From contig CAZOVC010000002.1 of the NCBI GenBank assembly GCA_964583485.1, forward strand, positions 2,959-66,958: a DNA stretch of 64,000 bases, in the 5' to 3' direction. Position 1 is the stretch's first letter. Each line of letters opens with the position of its first letter. The notes beneath the pieces are model-generated. The model was not told the origin of the DNA. It saw only the letters and a list, made by a program, of their open reading frames with translations, and did not search any database. The stretch comes from an uncultured Candidatus Saccharibacteria bacterium. Its GTDB lineage: Bacteria > Patescibacteriota > Minisyncoccia > Minisyncoccales > GWA2-38-27. This document shows, piece after piece, positions 44,082-53,578 of this stretch. Made by a program: the position numbers and the translations under genes.

Positions 44082-45299
44082 TTATTCATATCTTAACGCT
44101 TCTATTGGATTCAATGACGCCGCTCGTCTTGCTGGATAATAGCCAAAGACGATCCCGATTGTGGCTGACACCCCGAACGCAAGAATAATTGCTTGAACAG
44201 AGACCTGAGTGGCAATGCCGGTAAATTGAGTAACAAGAATTGAGATAATCCATCCAAGGATTATGCCCATCGCGCCTCCCAAAAAAGTGAGCGTTACTGC
44301 TTCGGCGAGAAACTGTATTGAAATATCTTTTTTCTTCGCGCCTATGGATTTACGGAGTCCGATTTCGCGCGTACGTTCGGTTACGGTTGTAAGCATCATA
44401 TTCATAATGCCAATACCACCGACGATGAGTGAAATGCCAGCAATAGCAGCAAGTAGAATTGTAAAAGTATCAGTAACTTGTGTTGCTGCTCCAACAATAT
44501 CTGCCTGTGAGACAATAGAAAAATCCGGGCTTTGTGGATCAACACTATGCTTGTCAGCAAGCATAAGAGTTGCTTCCTGTTGAACTTGAGGCATAAGACC
44601 CTTGGTCTCAACACTTATTGCAATAGATGAAAGATAATCCCCGCCAGCTAAAATTTTCTGCATAGTAATAAGCGGCACAAATACAGTATCATCAGAATTA
44701 AAAAAACCCGCACCACCCTTTGGCTGAAGCACCCCGACAACTTTAAAGTTAAGCTTATTGATGCGTATAGTTTTACCAATTGGATCTTGATATTCAAATA
44801 GATCAGTGGCAACAGTAGAGCCTAATACTGCGACCCGGCCTACACTTCGCATATTGTTTTCAGTAATAAAAGAGCCATTTTCTACTGATACATTCCGCAC
44901 TTCGGCATATTCGGGAGACACGCCAATTACTGTTGAATTAGTATTGTTTCCTAAGGGTGAAATGATTTGATATCGTCCTTGCCGTTCCGGCGATATATAT
45001 GCTATTCCAGCGACTTGACGAAGCGTATCAACATCATCATTTATGAGTGTTTGCGCCGAACCACGACCTTGAGACACAAAACCTTTACCCTGTTGGGAAA
45101 ACCCAGGACTTACAGTAAGTAAATTTGAACCAAGACTTTCAATACTTGATTGAATTTGTCCCGATGCGCCTTGACCAATAGAAACCATAGCGATAACCGA
45201 ACCAATGCCGATGACAATACCAAGAACTGTAAGACCAGACCTCGCCTTATTTGCTGAAAGAGCGGTATATATTTCTTGAAAAATATCTTGAACTTTCAT
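44082..45299 (-). CDS. MacB/FtsX-family ABC efflux permease
   Basis: MacB periplasmic core followed by an FtsX 4-TM domain. 405 aa. Confidence 0.75.
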   Translation of the reverse strand: MKVQDIFQEIYTALSANKARSGLTVLGIVIGIGSVIAMVSIGQGASGQIQSSIESLGSNLLTVSPGFSQQGKGFVSQGRGSAQTLINDDVDTLRQVAGIAYISPERQGRYQIISPLGNNTNSTVIGVSPEYAEVRNVSVENGSFITENNMRSVGRVAVLGSTVATDLFEYQDPIGKTIRINKLNFKVVGVLQPKGGAGFFNSDDTVFVPLITMQKILAGGDYLSSIAISVETKGLMPQVQQEATLMLADKHSVDPQSPDFSIVSQADIVGAATQVTDTFTILLAAIAGISLIVGGIGIMNMMLTTVTERTREIGLRKSIGAKKKDISIQFLAEAVTLTFLGGAMGIILGWIISILVTQFTGIATQVSVQAIILAFGVSATIGIVFGYYPARRAASLNPIEALRYE

Positions 45300-45300
45300 T

Positions 45301-46020
45301 TTAGGTTGTGATGTTGTAATTATTAATAACGCGCCGATTTTTCACCCTTCCATCTTCCACGATGTTCCCATCACGAATATGAATAATACGTTCGGCATGC
45401 TCGGCAACATATTGTTCGTGAGTAATTAAAACAATCGTGCGACCTTGTTCTTGGTGAAGCCGTTGAAAAGTATCAAGCACCACTTCGCCGGTTTTGGTAT
45501 CAAGATTACCTGTCGGCTCATCGGCAAGCACGAGCGTCGGATTATTAACTAAAGCGCGGGCAATAGCGACTCTTTGCGCCATTCCACCAGAAAGTTGATT
45601 GGAATAATGATTCCAAAAGTTTTCTGGAAAGGCCGAACCACGCAAGGCCTCCTTTGCTTTATTTTCCCGTTCTTCTTTAGAGACGCCGGCGTATACTAAA
45701 GGAAGCATTACATTGCGAAGCACAGTGGTTCGTGGCAAAAGATTGAACGTCTGAAACACGAAGCCAATTTTTTGTACCCGAATATCTGCCAGTTCGTCAT
45801 CGGATAATTTTGACACGTCTTTGTTATTAAGTAAATATTGACCATTAGTAGGTGTATCTAAACATCCAATGATATGCATTAATGTTGACTTGCCAGAACC
45901 AGAAGGTCCCATAATAGCGACGAATTCGCCGTCATTGATTTTGAACGACGCGCTTTTGAGCGCGTGCGTTTCTATCTCTCCATTTTTGTAAATTTTGGCG
46001 ATATTTTTGCATTCAATCAT
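45301..46020 (-). CDS. ABC transporter ATP-binding protein (MacB/LolD type)
   Basis: GPSGSGKSTLMHIIGCLD, LSGGMAQR, LVLADEPTGNLD. Confidence 0.85.
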   Translation of the reverse strand: MIECKNIAKIYKNGEIETHALKSASFKINDGEFVAIMGPSGSGKSTLMHIIGCLDTPTNGQYLLNNKDVSKLSDDELADIRVQKIGFVFQTFNLLPRTTVLRNVMLPLVYAGVSKEERENKAKEALRGSAFPENFWNHYSNQLSGGMAQRVAIARALVNNPTLVLADEPTGNLDTKTGEVVLDTFQRLHQEQGRTIVLITHEQYVAEHAERIIHIRDGNIVEDGRVKNRRVINNYNITT

Positions 46021-46024
46021 AATA

Positions 46025-47848
46025 TTATCTCATCATACGAATTCCGCCAGTTCCGCCAGTGTTAAAACCAGGCGCTTGGACAGAAGAGGAGTTTTGTTGT
46101 ATCTGCGTGGACTGCGCAGAAGTTGGCTGAATAGTTCTTGTGACAATCACATCTCCCTCCTGAAGTCCTTTTAAAATCTCGGTGAATTCATCATTGGAAA
46201 GACCAATTTCTACTTGCTGCTGACGAGTAGGGTTTTCAAAAACCGCACCGCTTACATTAGCGGCCGCAACAGACATATCGAAATCATCGGGGATCTCCAC
46301 GTAACTTATCCCACCCTGTGACTTCACAGCAGAATTCGAAACAAGAAGAACATTTGGTTTTGCATCTGTAATAATCGCAGCTGTAACGCTCATACCTGGT
46401 TTAACTAATTCGTTCATCGTATCCAGAGTGACGATAATATCATAAGTAACCAGTCCTTGATTTGTTGAAGCAATGCTCGCAATGTCGGTTACTTTTCCTG
46501 TGAGCGTTAGTCCATCCATGATATCAAAAGTTAAAGTAACCGGCTGATTTAATTTTACTTTCGCAATGTCTATTTCATTAAGAGCCAAATTCGCTATATA
46601 TTGCTTGGTCATTAATGTTGCAAGAGTTGTGGAAGAAGAAACAGAATCGCCAACTTTAATATCAATTTCTTCAATAACGCCGTCAAATGGAGCGCGAATA
46701 AAATGGCCAGCAAGCTTTTCTTTAGCATCCAAAAGCGCTGATTCTTTTTGGGCTACAATATTTTCCTGAGACCTGATGTCTCTAGAATCAACTCCAGCCA
46801 TTAGTTCTTCAAGAGCCAGCTTTCTCTCATCAAATTTTTCCTGAGCAGATTGTAATGCCCACTCAGAATCTTCAATTTTCTCAGGAGTGTTTTCTATAGT
46901 ATCATCAATAGTATCTTTAATATCTTGAAGAGAACTTATATTAGAGGAAACAGAAGAAGCATCGCTTTCAATTTTGGGCTTCATTTTATCAATATGAGAA
47001 GATATATTAAGATGCTGATAATCTTTAAGTATAATCGCATCAAACATATGGCGAGCGCTGTCTAGGGTTTGAGAAATTGCTCGAGTCGTCTCAAGAGTAT
47101 CGTTTATCAGCTCATCAACGGTATCGCGGTCATCGTCTTGAAAAACAGTTATAAAAAATGCATAGTTTTTATTAAAAAGATTATTAGCTCTATAATAATC
47201 GCTCAAGAGTTTTTGCGTGAATAAAGATCCCTGGCCCAATATCAGTTCGTACCCAGAAATATGCTTTTCAGCGCTTGGTTCTGTTCCCAATACGTCTTTC
47301 AGGTCTTTCATATAATTAGATAACTTAAGAAAAACAGCGACAACAGTATTGTAGCCGTCTTCGTAAGCTGTTACCAACAAGCTTTCGGTATCTATTTCAA
47401 TATTTTCATAGCTTTCTTTCGCCTTATTCAAATCACGTTTTGCCTGAGCTAAAGCGACCTCGGCCTGACGTAGAGATTGAGCATCGGGTTGAGAAAGAAG
47501 ATCATCCAATTTTTCTTTGGCATCATCTAAGGCAATTTCAGCATCACTTACCGAACGCTCTGTGTCCCGTGGATCAGTAACGGCTAAAAGAGATCCTTTC
47601 TTCACCTCTTGCCCTTTTGTTACATATACAGCAATAATCTTGCCAGAAACTTCCGGCTTCAGGTCAATTTGATCGGAAACATCAATCTGACCATTTCCAG
47701 AGATTGAAATGATAAGTGTGCCTTTTTGAACTTGCGCAGTTGCATAGCGAACCATACCATCATTGCTAAAAATTTTTGTGTAGCCGAAATATCCACCAGT
47801 GATAATCAACATTAAAATTATTACTGTTATAAATTTATGTTTAAACAT
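46025..47848 (-). CDS. HlyD/MacA-family periplasmic adaptor with an unusually long coiled-coil insert
   Basis: N-terminal TM helix, a lipoyl-like GKVTDIA... region and beta-barrel segments. 607 aa. Confidence 0.55.
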   Translation of the reverse strand: MFKHKFITVIILMLIITGGYFGYTKIFSNDGMVRYATAQVQKGTLIISISGNGQIDVSDQIDLKPEVSGKIIAVYVTKGQEVKKGSLLAVTDPRDTERSVSDAEIALDDAKEKLDDLLSQPDAQSLRQAEVALAQAKRDLNKAKESYENIEIDTESLLVTAYEDGYNTVVAVFLKLSNYMKDLKDVLGTEPSAEKHISGYELILGQGSLFTQKLLSDYYRANNLFNKNYAFFITVFQDDDRDTVDELINDTLETTRAISQTLDSARHMFDAIILKDYQHLNISSHIDKMKPKIESDASSVSSNISSLQDIKDTIDDTIENTPEKIEDSEWALQSAQEKFDERKLALEELMAGVDSRDIRSQENIVAQKESALLDAKEKLAGHFIRAPFDGVIEEIDIKVGDSVSSSTTLATLMTKQYIANLALNEIDIAKVKLNQPVTLTFDIMDGLTLTGKVTDIASIASTNQGLVTYDIIVTLDTMNELVKPGMSVTAAIITDAKPNVLLVSNSAVKSQGGISYVEIPDDFDMSVAAANVSGAVFENPTRQQQVEIGLSNDEFTEILKGLQEGDVIVTRTIQPTSAQSTQIQQNSSSVQAPGFNTGGTGGIRMMR

Positions 47849-47850
47849 AT

Positions 47851-48288
47851 TTATTTAAAAATTCTTATAAGTTTGGCTTCAATTTGACCTTCTTCATTCG
47901 GCGATCCAATAATGACCACGCAATCGCCAACTTTCAAACCATCTTTTACGGTTTCCATCCCTTTTTTGATTACCGTATCTTGGGTGGTTATAACTATCTT
48001 TTCCATATCGCCGCGACCCTTAATAACAAAACCGTTATCTTTGAGTTCAATAATTTCTCCGAACGCGCCGTGACCTTCAATAAAATCTCCGGGCAAAGGC
48101 GGCATTTTTTGCCAATCGCCGAAAAATCCGCCTCGCGGTCCGGCAAAGTTTTTGTGATAACCTTCTGCCCATTGATAAGAAAACTTTACTTTCATTCCGC
48201 CAACAAACATACCGGCGCTAAATATTAAAACAACCACCGCAAAACCGGCAAGACCAATAATAATCCATTTAAGAACATCTTTATGCAT
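47851..48288 (-). CDS. Secreted hypothetical protein
   Basis: 145-aa ORF with an N-terminal TM helix. Confidence 0.4.
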   Translation of the reverse strand: MHKDVLKWIIIGLAGFAVVVLIFSAGMFVGGMKVKFSYQWAEGYHKNFAGPRGGFFGDWQKMPPLPGDFIEGHGAFGEIIELKDNGFVIKGRGDMEKIVITTQDTVIKKGMETVKDGLKVGDCVVIIGSPNEEGQIEAKLIRIFK

Positions 48289-48697
48289 AAATTTTTAGAT
48301 ATCTTAATAATAATCTTTTTTTGTATAAAAATAAGCGAAGGGTAAAAACAGATATTCCAAGACTTACTGTAAAAGCCATCATACCCATAAGCGGTAATGA
48401 TTCAAGTATGGCTAAGCTAAAATCTTGCCACATAGCTAAAAACATTCCAAAATCACTTACTGCGGTAGAGACAAAATAAAGAATTCCAGAATTATCTACT
48501 TGAGTTACAAGCATCGCTCCAGAAATAGGTGTGGCAATTAAAGAGATTAATAAAAGAGATAAAAATCCAAACAGCAATCTTTTGGTATGTCGCAGTTCCT
48601 GCTCTCGCTTAATTACAAGAATGATACGGTCAAAAAGACCTACAGGCGGTTCTTTGGGTTTAAGATTAGTAAAAAGTTTTTCAAAATCTTTACGCAT
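48281..48697 (-). CDS. Membrane protein, possible anti-sigma factor partner of the upstream ECF sigma
   Basis: 138 aa, 3 TM helices, directly downstream of the ECF sigma gene. Confidence 0.35.
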   Translation of the reverse strand: MRKDFEKLFTNLKPKEPPVGLFDRIILVIKREQELRHTKRLLFGFLSLLLISLIATPISGAMLVTQVDNSGILYFVSTAVSDFGMFLAMWQDFSLAILESLPLMGMMAFTVSLGISVFTLRLFLYKKRLLLRYLKIYA

Positions 48698-48741
48698 AGT
48701 TCGACAAGCTCACTACAAGCATCTCTACTTATTAATACGAT

Positions 48742-48775
48742 AAAAGGATGCATTTTGGTGCATCCTTTTGTTACT
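48742..48775. terminator. Palindromic terminator aaaaggatgca-ttttgg-tgcatcctttt (bidirectional stem)
   Basis: Read from the sequence. Lies between the ECF sigma gene and its downstream partner. Confidence 0.45.
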
Positions 48776-48796
48776 AAAAGTTTAAATATACTATTT

Positions 48797-49375
48797 TTAG
48801 GATTTGGATAATAGTCCTTTAAGCTGAATTAGAGCTCGTCTGTGCCTGCTTTTAACAGTATTCAAAGACTCTCCCAGGACCTCGGCAATTTCTCTAAAAG
48901 TAAAATGATCGTTATAACGAAGGAATAAAACCATGCGGTATTTCAGAGTTAATTGATTCATCGCCGCATTAAGCATTTCTGCGATACGAGCTTGTTCAAA
49001 GATTTCATTAGGCAGAAGCGTAGGATCTGCGAGCGTCTTAGTAAGTAAGTTTTCTCCTGCTTCGTTTTCAAAATTAGAAAATGGCACAGCTTTTTTCTTT
49101 CTTAAACAATCAATAGAGGTATTTTTGGCAATACTGAAAATCCAAGTTTTGAAACTTTTCTGTTTATCAAATTTCTTGAGGTTGCGCCAGACTTTTACAA
49201 AAACTTCCTGTGTTATATCCTCAACTTCCTGTCCGTTGCCGACATATCGATAGACAAAGCTATAAATCGGCTTAAGATAGCGTTTTATTAAAATCTCCAG
49301 CGATTTCTCATCGCCTGCGAGATAATCAGTTATAAGTTGTTCATCCGAACAATCCATACTTATACAAAATACCAC
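48797..49375 (-). CDS. ECF-type RNA polymerase sigma factor (sigma-70 family, regions 2 and 4)
   Basis: DITQEVFVKVWRNL (region 2) and TFREIAEVLGESLNTVKSRHRRALIQL (region 4). Confidence 0.8.
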   Translation of the reverse strand: MVFCISMDCSDEQLITDYLAGDEKSLEILIKRYLKPIYSFVYRYVGNGQEVEDITQEVFVKVWRNLKKFDKQKSFKTWIFSIAKNTSIDCLRKKKAVPFSNFENEAGENLLTKTLADPTLLPNEIFEQARIAEMLNAAMNQLTLKYRMVLFLRYNDHFTFREIAEVLGESLNTVKSRHRRALIQLKGLLSKS

Positions 49376-49514
49376 TTATCTCCTAAAAAGTCCAGATAAA
49401 AGCAGTGGATCAAAAACCGCCAATTAGGCGATTTTTGATGCGGCTCGGTCAGGAGTTGTTTTAAGTTAAAATGAGACACAGAAAGCGATATTTTGAACTG
49501 TCTCATTTGCTGTA

Positions 49515-50078
49515 CTATTTTCTAAGAACTGCCAGATAAGGATATTTCAATTCTAGGATTTGATAAACTTTTCTTAACTTACACTTACCTCCTGATTTTA
49601 TTAAATATTCTCCTCTCGTTGGTAGATTATCCTCTCTCCATCTACCATCCATACAAAGCCATTTAATCCCCTTAGACGCCTTAACTTTTTCTAGCTCATG
49701 GACAGCTTTTACTATAAATGCGGAAGCGCGATCCCCTCCCCCAAAAGGATGTGGAACTTTAATTGATTGGGGTATTTTTTTCCACTTATCGGAGTTCGCA
49801 AATTTAAATTGTTTAGAAAAGAATACTTTTCCTTTTGGGTCCTGTGCATTTTTACTATCGGAGCAAAAAACGAAAACATTTTTACCATGTTTTTTAATTT
49901 CCTTCGCCCATAGGTTTATTGTTTCCTCCGGCCTGTGCTGAAAAGACCATAAGGTCCAGCCATTTCTCTTAATTTCTTGCTTTTTGCGCGAGATTATACA
50001 ATCGCATGGCTCTCCAGCGGCAACGCCAAAAGGATGCCAAAAACCGATCTTAAATTTATTCTTATTTAGTTTGTCCAT
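49515..50078 (-). CDS. Hypothetical protein
   Basis: 187-aa ORF. No family recognised by eye. Confidence 0.4.
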   Translation of the reverse strand: MDKLNKNKFKIGFWHPFGVAAGEPCDCIISRKKQEIKRNGWTLWSFQHRPEETINLWAKEIKKHGKNVFVFCSDSKNAQDPKGKVFFSKQFKFANSDKWKKIPQSIKVPHPFGGGDRASAFIVKAVHELEKVKASKGIKWLCMDGRWREDNLPTRGEYLIKSGGKCKLRKVYQILELKYPYLAVLRK

Positions 50079-50174
50079 AACATTCCTTAGTGATGACTCT
50101 CGACGGAGTCTTATATTTCAAATTCTAACACAAAACGAGACAAATGAGACACTATAAAAGAGGTATTTTGTGTT

Positions 50175-50744
50175 TCAATCCTTTGGGCCAATCTTTCTTA
50201 AAATTTCAAGAACCGCATCAAAAAATATCCTTATTATGACTTCCCACCATTTTTTCTCTGAATAAAGAGGTTTGCCATTCTGAAAATATCTTTTCTGTAA
50301 TTCAAAACCGATATTATTCAAATCAATCATCAATCCCATATAATCTCGGAATTCAGCATACTCAATTGTCGCTATGTCTATATCCGTATATCTAGAACTA
50401 TAATTGATTTGATTATATTTGCCATGCCAAATCTCTCCAATTCTTAAGAATAATTGATGTGCGTTTCGACCTATTTCCTGTAATGATTTAGCAAATAATA
50501 ATGGTGGCTTGCCTCTTTTGAGTTTTTTTAAATTCTCATTCGATAATTCTATCAACCTTTCCGCAAACAAAGTTATTTCATTAAAAATTCCATCTAAATC
50601 CATTGGGATATTTTCTCTTCTTGAATGCCTTTTTCTCCTACGGAGAATCTTTTTAGTATATTTTACCAATTTTATGAAATCTTCGATTATCTCTTTATTG
50701 GACTGATTACTATAATCTGTTGTTCCTGTAAATATATTTTGCAT
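50175..50744 (-). CDS. Hypothetical protein
   Basis: 189-aa ORF. Confidence 0.4.
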   Translation of the reverse strand: MQNIFTGTTDYSNQSNKEIIEDFIKLVKYTKKILRRRKRHSRRENIPMDLDGIFNEITLFAERLIELSNENLKKLKRGKPPLLFAKSLQEIGRNAHQLFLRIGEIWHGKYNQINYSSRYTDIDIATIEYAEFRDYMGLMIDLNNIGFELQKRYFQNGKPLYSEKKWWEVIIRIFFDAVLEILRKIGPKD

Positions 50745-50777
50745 ATTTGTATTAAATTAATATTGGATTAGTAAATG

Positions 50778-50827
50778 AAAGTGTGCAAAACCGAGTTTTG
50801 CACACTCATTACGACGAATATAATTGT
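50778..50827. other. Copy 2 of the conserved 50-nt element with the 10-bp perfect inverted repeat; here it is followed 65 nt downstream by a plus-strand rho-independent terminator (50892-50923), so it may be the 5' part of a plus-strand sRNA of about 150 nt
   Basis: 49 of 50 nt identical to 3803-3852. Terminator is gccaagtcgcc-taaa-ggcgactcggc plus T5. Confidence 0.45.
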
Positions 50828-51018
50828 AGAAAGAGGACGCTTCTCTCTTAAACAGGGTTTTAGGCTTTTTTGACGGCGACTGGGCGACAAAGCCAAGTCG
50901 CCTAAAGGCGACTCGGCTTTTTACTAATTTTACCTGAGTCTTGTGAACGGCTGGAAATCCTAGGAACTTGGACGCGAACGTCAAAATGCTCCGCAAACAA
51001 TCGTCTTAATATAATTGA

Positions 51019-51261
51019 TTAATTCTTCGCCTTCAACTTCCTAACAATATCAATGACGGCCAGAACTACGCCGACTCCCATCAGACCATAACCGACTAAA
51101 CGGCTTTCGCCGAAAATTAAGCCGGCGACAACAAAAGCAAAAGCCAATCCCGCCAAAGGCGTAAGCGGCTTTTGCATCTTTTTCCTGGTCAAAACAAGAG
51201 CGACCATAGTGCCAGCTATCGCGATGATTGATATTAAGATGTAGGTTTGGGATGAATTCAT
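51019..51261 (-). CDS. Small 2-TM membrane protein
   Basis: 80-aa ORF. Confidence 0.45.
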   Translation of the reverse strand: MNSSQTYILISIIAIAGTMVALVLTRKKMQKPLTPLAGLAFAFVVAGLIFGESRLVGYGLMGVGVVLAVIDIVRKLKAKN

Positions 51262-51611
51262 AGGGCTTTATTTTTTCTTTTTTGCAGATAACTCAAAAGA
51301 AAAAGGATTCCGACAACGGCAGCTGGACCGGATATGCCCACATACCAACTCCAGGGACGATCAAAACCGACCATAAAGACGTAAAACACGGCGGAACCGA
51401 AGAAAGCGATTGCTCCAACCAAGTTGTATTTCCAGGCAATCAAGATGACTGCAAGTAAAACAAATGATGGCAAGAGATGTATTAAAAATCCTAAAAAAGC
51501 CTGCCAGCCGCTATATTCCCCGAAAACGTCAAGCGCGAACAGGGACAAGAACAAAACGAAGGCGATACTTAAAATTCTTGGGAGCCAATGAATGATATTT
51601 ATGCTTTTCAT
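51258..51611 (-). CDS. Small polytopic membrane protein
   Basis: 117-aa ORF with 3-4 TM helices. Confidence 0.5.
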   Translation of the reverse strand: MKSINIIHWLPRILSIAFVLFLSLFALDVFGEYSGWQAFLGFLIHLLPSFVLLAVILIAWKYNLVGAIAFFGSAVFYVFMVGFDRPWSWYVGISGPAAVVGILFLLSYLQKRKNKAL

Positions 51612-51682
51612 ATTTTTATTATATCAAAAAAGCGTCGAAATGGCGATTCTTTGTGGCCGATCGACCCCGAACAAAGTTCGAT

Positions 51683-51712
51683 GTCCTGGACGGGTACGGG
51701 TTTAGGACGCCA
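51683..51712. repeat. Direct repeat aaagttcgatgtcctggacgggtacggg (copy 1), recurring at 53822-53851; together with aggcctctcggtcg (51728 and 53749) it brackets the high-GC island
   Basis: 28 of 30 nt identical between the two copies. Both lie in GC-rich non-coding DNA. Confidence 0.45.
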
Positions 51713-51922
51713 TAGGCCTCTCGGTCGGTCTCGATACTGCGCTGACTCGTGCTGTCTGTCCTGAACAAAATCCGAACCTTTTTTCAAGAAAATCCCGACG
51801 CTGATTTTTGATAATTTTCGCTCGGGCGGGCAAAAAGGAAGGGGGTTGGGGGGAAGGAATTTTTGCCCGCCCTCGCTTTTCCGTTGCCGCCGAATTTCGT
51901 GCCAGCGAAGCTGGCGCGCCGC

Positions 51923-52159
51923 CTAAATATCAAAATAACTGTCAATTTCTTCTCTCACTTCTTTAATCAGTTTTTTCTTTTCATCTTTCAATTCAAATGC
52001 TTCTTTTACCAATTTTGTAATTTTATCAATAGAATTTTTGTCTAAAATTGGTATTTTAAAATCAAGAAGACGATTTGAAATTGTTGGTATTGTTGATTGA
52101 ATTACAGTGTACTTTTCGCTTTGGCATCCGGCGACTTCTTTTATTGTTGGACTAAAAGG
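51923..52159 (-). pseudogene. Start-less C-terminal gene fragment (about 78 codons, ...IKEVAGCQSEKYTVIQSTIPTISNRLLDFKIPILDKNSIDKITKLVKEAFELKDEKKKLIKEVREEIDSYFDI*); probable remnant of a gene truncated by the GC-rich insertion
   Basis: Hand-translated from the minus strand. Host-like AT-rich codon usage. The open frame runs into the 52154-52241 hairpin with no start codon. Confidence 0.3.
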
Positions 52160-52241
52160 GGTCAGGTACCTTTTTTACCTTTTTTAGGTCTTCCCCTAGG
52201 ATTTAATGTTGAGTTAAAATAAAAGGTACCTGACCCCTTTT
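52154..52241. other. Large perfect hairpin: 21-bp arms aaaaggggtcaggtacctttt / aaaaggtacctgacccctttt around a 46-nt loop
   Basis: Read from the sequence. Lies at the junction between host-like DNA and the GC-rich segment. Confidence 0.5.
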
Positions 52242-52598
52242 ATTTTACACATCGTTGAAGTTGAAGTAGGGCGCGTTCGAGAAATCGCCATCAGCGTCAG
52301 GTTAATTGCCTCCACTCATCCATGTCACCAGACCGCGAAGTTTACTGCCTTAAGGATTATATCTTTTTGGTCTTGTATTTTATTCGGCAGCATCCCGCTA
52401 AAAGCGGGAACCTGCGCTAAGCAGAGGCAAGCAGTATCTCCTCAGCACAACACGCTCTTAGAAACCGTAGTCGCTAAGACTCTGGTTGCTTTTCTCCTAA
52501 AGAGAGAGTTCGGCGACAGCAATCCGTAAACTACTATGCATTAGCCTAAGCTCATTTATAAGTATATTGAATTCTAAAAAAGAAGCAAGTTTTTGAGA

Positions 52599-52636
52599 TA
52601 AAAAAAGAGGGTTATCCGTGTTAGTATGGATAACCC
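52599..52636 (-). terminator. Rho-independent terminator on the minus strand (gggttatcc/ggataaccc then tcttttttta)
   Basis: Downstream of the 52709..53578 gene and its octamer repeats. Confidence 0.55.
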
Positions 52637-52652
52637 TTAAAATTTGTCGCGA

Positions 52653-52716
52653 ATTCAAGGATCAAGATACAAGAAGTCAAAAGACTCAAGAACTCAAGAC
52701 TTCGAGATTCAAGACT
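52653..52716. repeat. Eight tandem degenerate octamers (minus strand: agtcttga atctcgaa gtcttgag ttcttgag tcttttga cttcttgt atcttgat ccttgaat) starting at the stop codon of the 52709..53578 gene
   Basis: 8-nt periodicity with a conserved tcttga core. Lies in the 3'UTR before the terminator. Confidence 0.45.
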
Positions 52717-53578
52717 GCGGGACAAACCCAGAGACAGAACCGCAGAGGCCGTGCGGGCCGTCAATCCTGCGCGTGTCGAACCCGACCCTGCCGCCGTAGA
52801 AGCCGAAGGACGGAACGTGAGAAAAGTCGTCGAAAGCGCCAGGAGCATACTCATCTCCAGCACAGTCGATCCAAAGATCGTCATAGTGTTGGAGACGCTC
52901 GGGATGGGTTAGTAACATGCACCCGATCTCGAATGCGCCAAGTCCGAACTCATTGGCCGTAAAAACCTCACGAGCTCGACGGACACTGCGACCCCGATGA
53001 CGGAGACCGAACTGAGCTGCCACGACCAGAATGTCGTAGCCCTTCTGCTGGTCAGCCAGTACTTCAAGCTTTTTCGCCGTGCGTTCGTGCTGTCGGAGAT
53101 GTTTCGCTCCAAGCTGGCCTTCACGGTAGTTGCAGAACTTGCCCTTGCGCTGTTGCTTAATCAGCTCCAGCACCTTCTCGACCGCCTCATTGTAAGTCTT
53201 GGCGACCGACTGCCAGCGAGGAATGGCAAACCATCCTTCAGCATTGACTGGAAGCGGCTGGGAAGCCAAGTTCTCGTCAGCGTAACCGATGCCAGGGAAA
53301 AGTTCGCGCAAGCGGTTCGTCTGTTCGGTAATACCCTTAGGCTTGTAGCCTGACAGATAGCCGTAGCTTGACTCTACCTCTTCATCGGCGAATTGGTTGG
53401 ACACAACCAGCTCCTGTATCAGTTTCATAATCTCTCTCTTGAGTTCGTCGCCACGCTCATTTAGTCGTTGAGCGTAGTCTTCGTCCAGCCCCGAATCATT
53501 ATACGCGGCTTCAAAAATACTCGTTGCTTGCCGACCCTTTGGGTCTCTTGACGTGATCAATGTCGTAGACATCGTCAT
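52709..53578 (-). CDS. Hypothetical protein encoded on a high-GC (about 55%) island; likely horizontally acquired
   Basis: 289-aa ORF with RBS AGGAGGcg-ATG. Its GC-rich codon usage is sharply different from the rest of the window. Confidence 0.5.
   Translation of the reverse strand: MTMSTTLITSRDPKGRQATSIFEAAYNDSGLDEDYAQRLNERGDELKREIMKLIQELVVSNQFADEEVESSYGYLSGYKPKGITEQTNRLRELFPGIGYADENLASQPLPVNAEGWFAIPRWQSVAKTYNEAVEKVLELIKQQRKGKFCNYREGQLGAKHLRQHERTAKKLEVLADQQKGYDILVVAAQFGLRHRGRSVRRAREVFTANEFGLGAFEIGCMLLTHPERLQHYDDLWIDCAGDEYAPGAFDDFSHVPSFGFYGGRVGFDTRRIDGPHGLCGSVSGFVPQS

Noticed and set aside
50757-50996. Minus-strand 79-aa ORF
   Set aside because: It covers the conserved 50-nt element and a plus-strand terminator. 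It is more likely an RNA or regulatory region than a protein.
52618-52962. Arg-rich plus-strand ORF and the minus-strand ORF 52621..52884
   Set aside because: Both overlap the octamer-repeat 3'UTR and the C-terminus of the 289-aa gene. Their biased composition is a GC-rich artefact.
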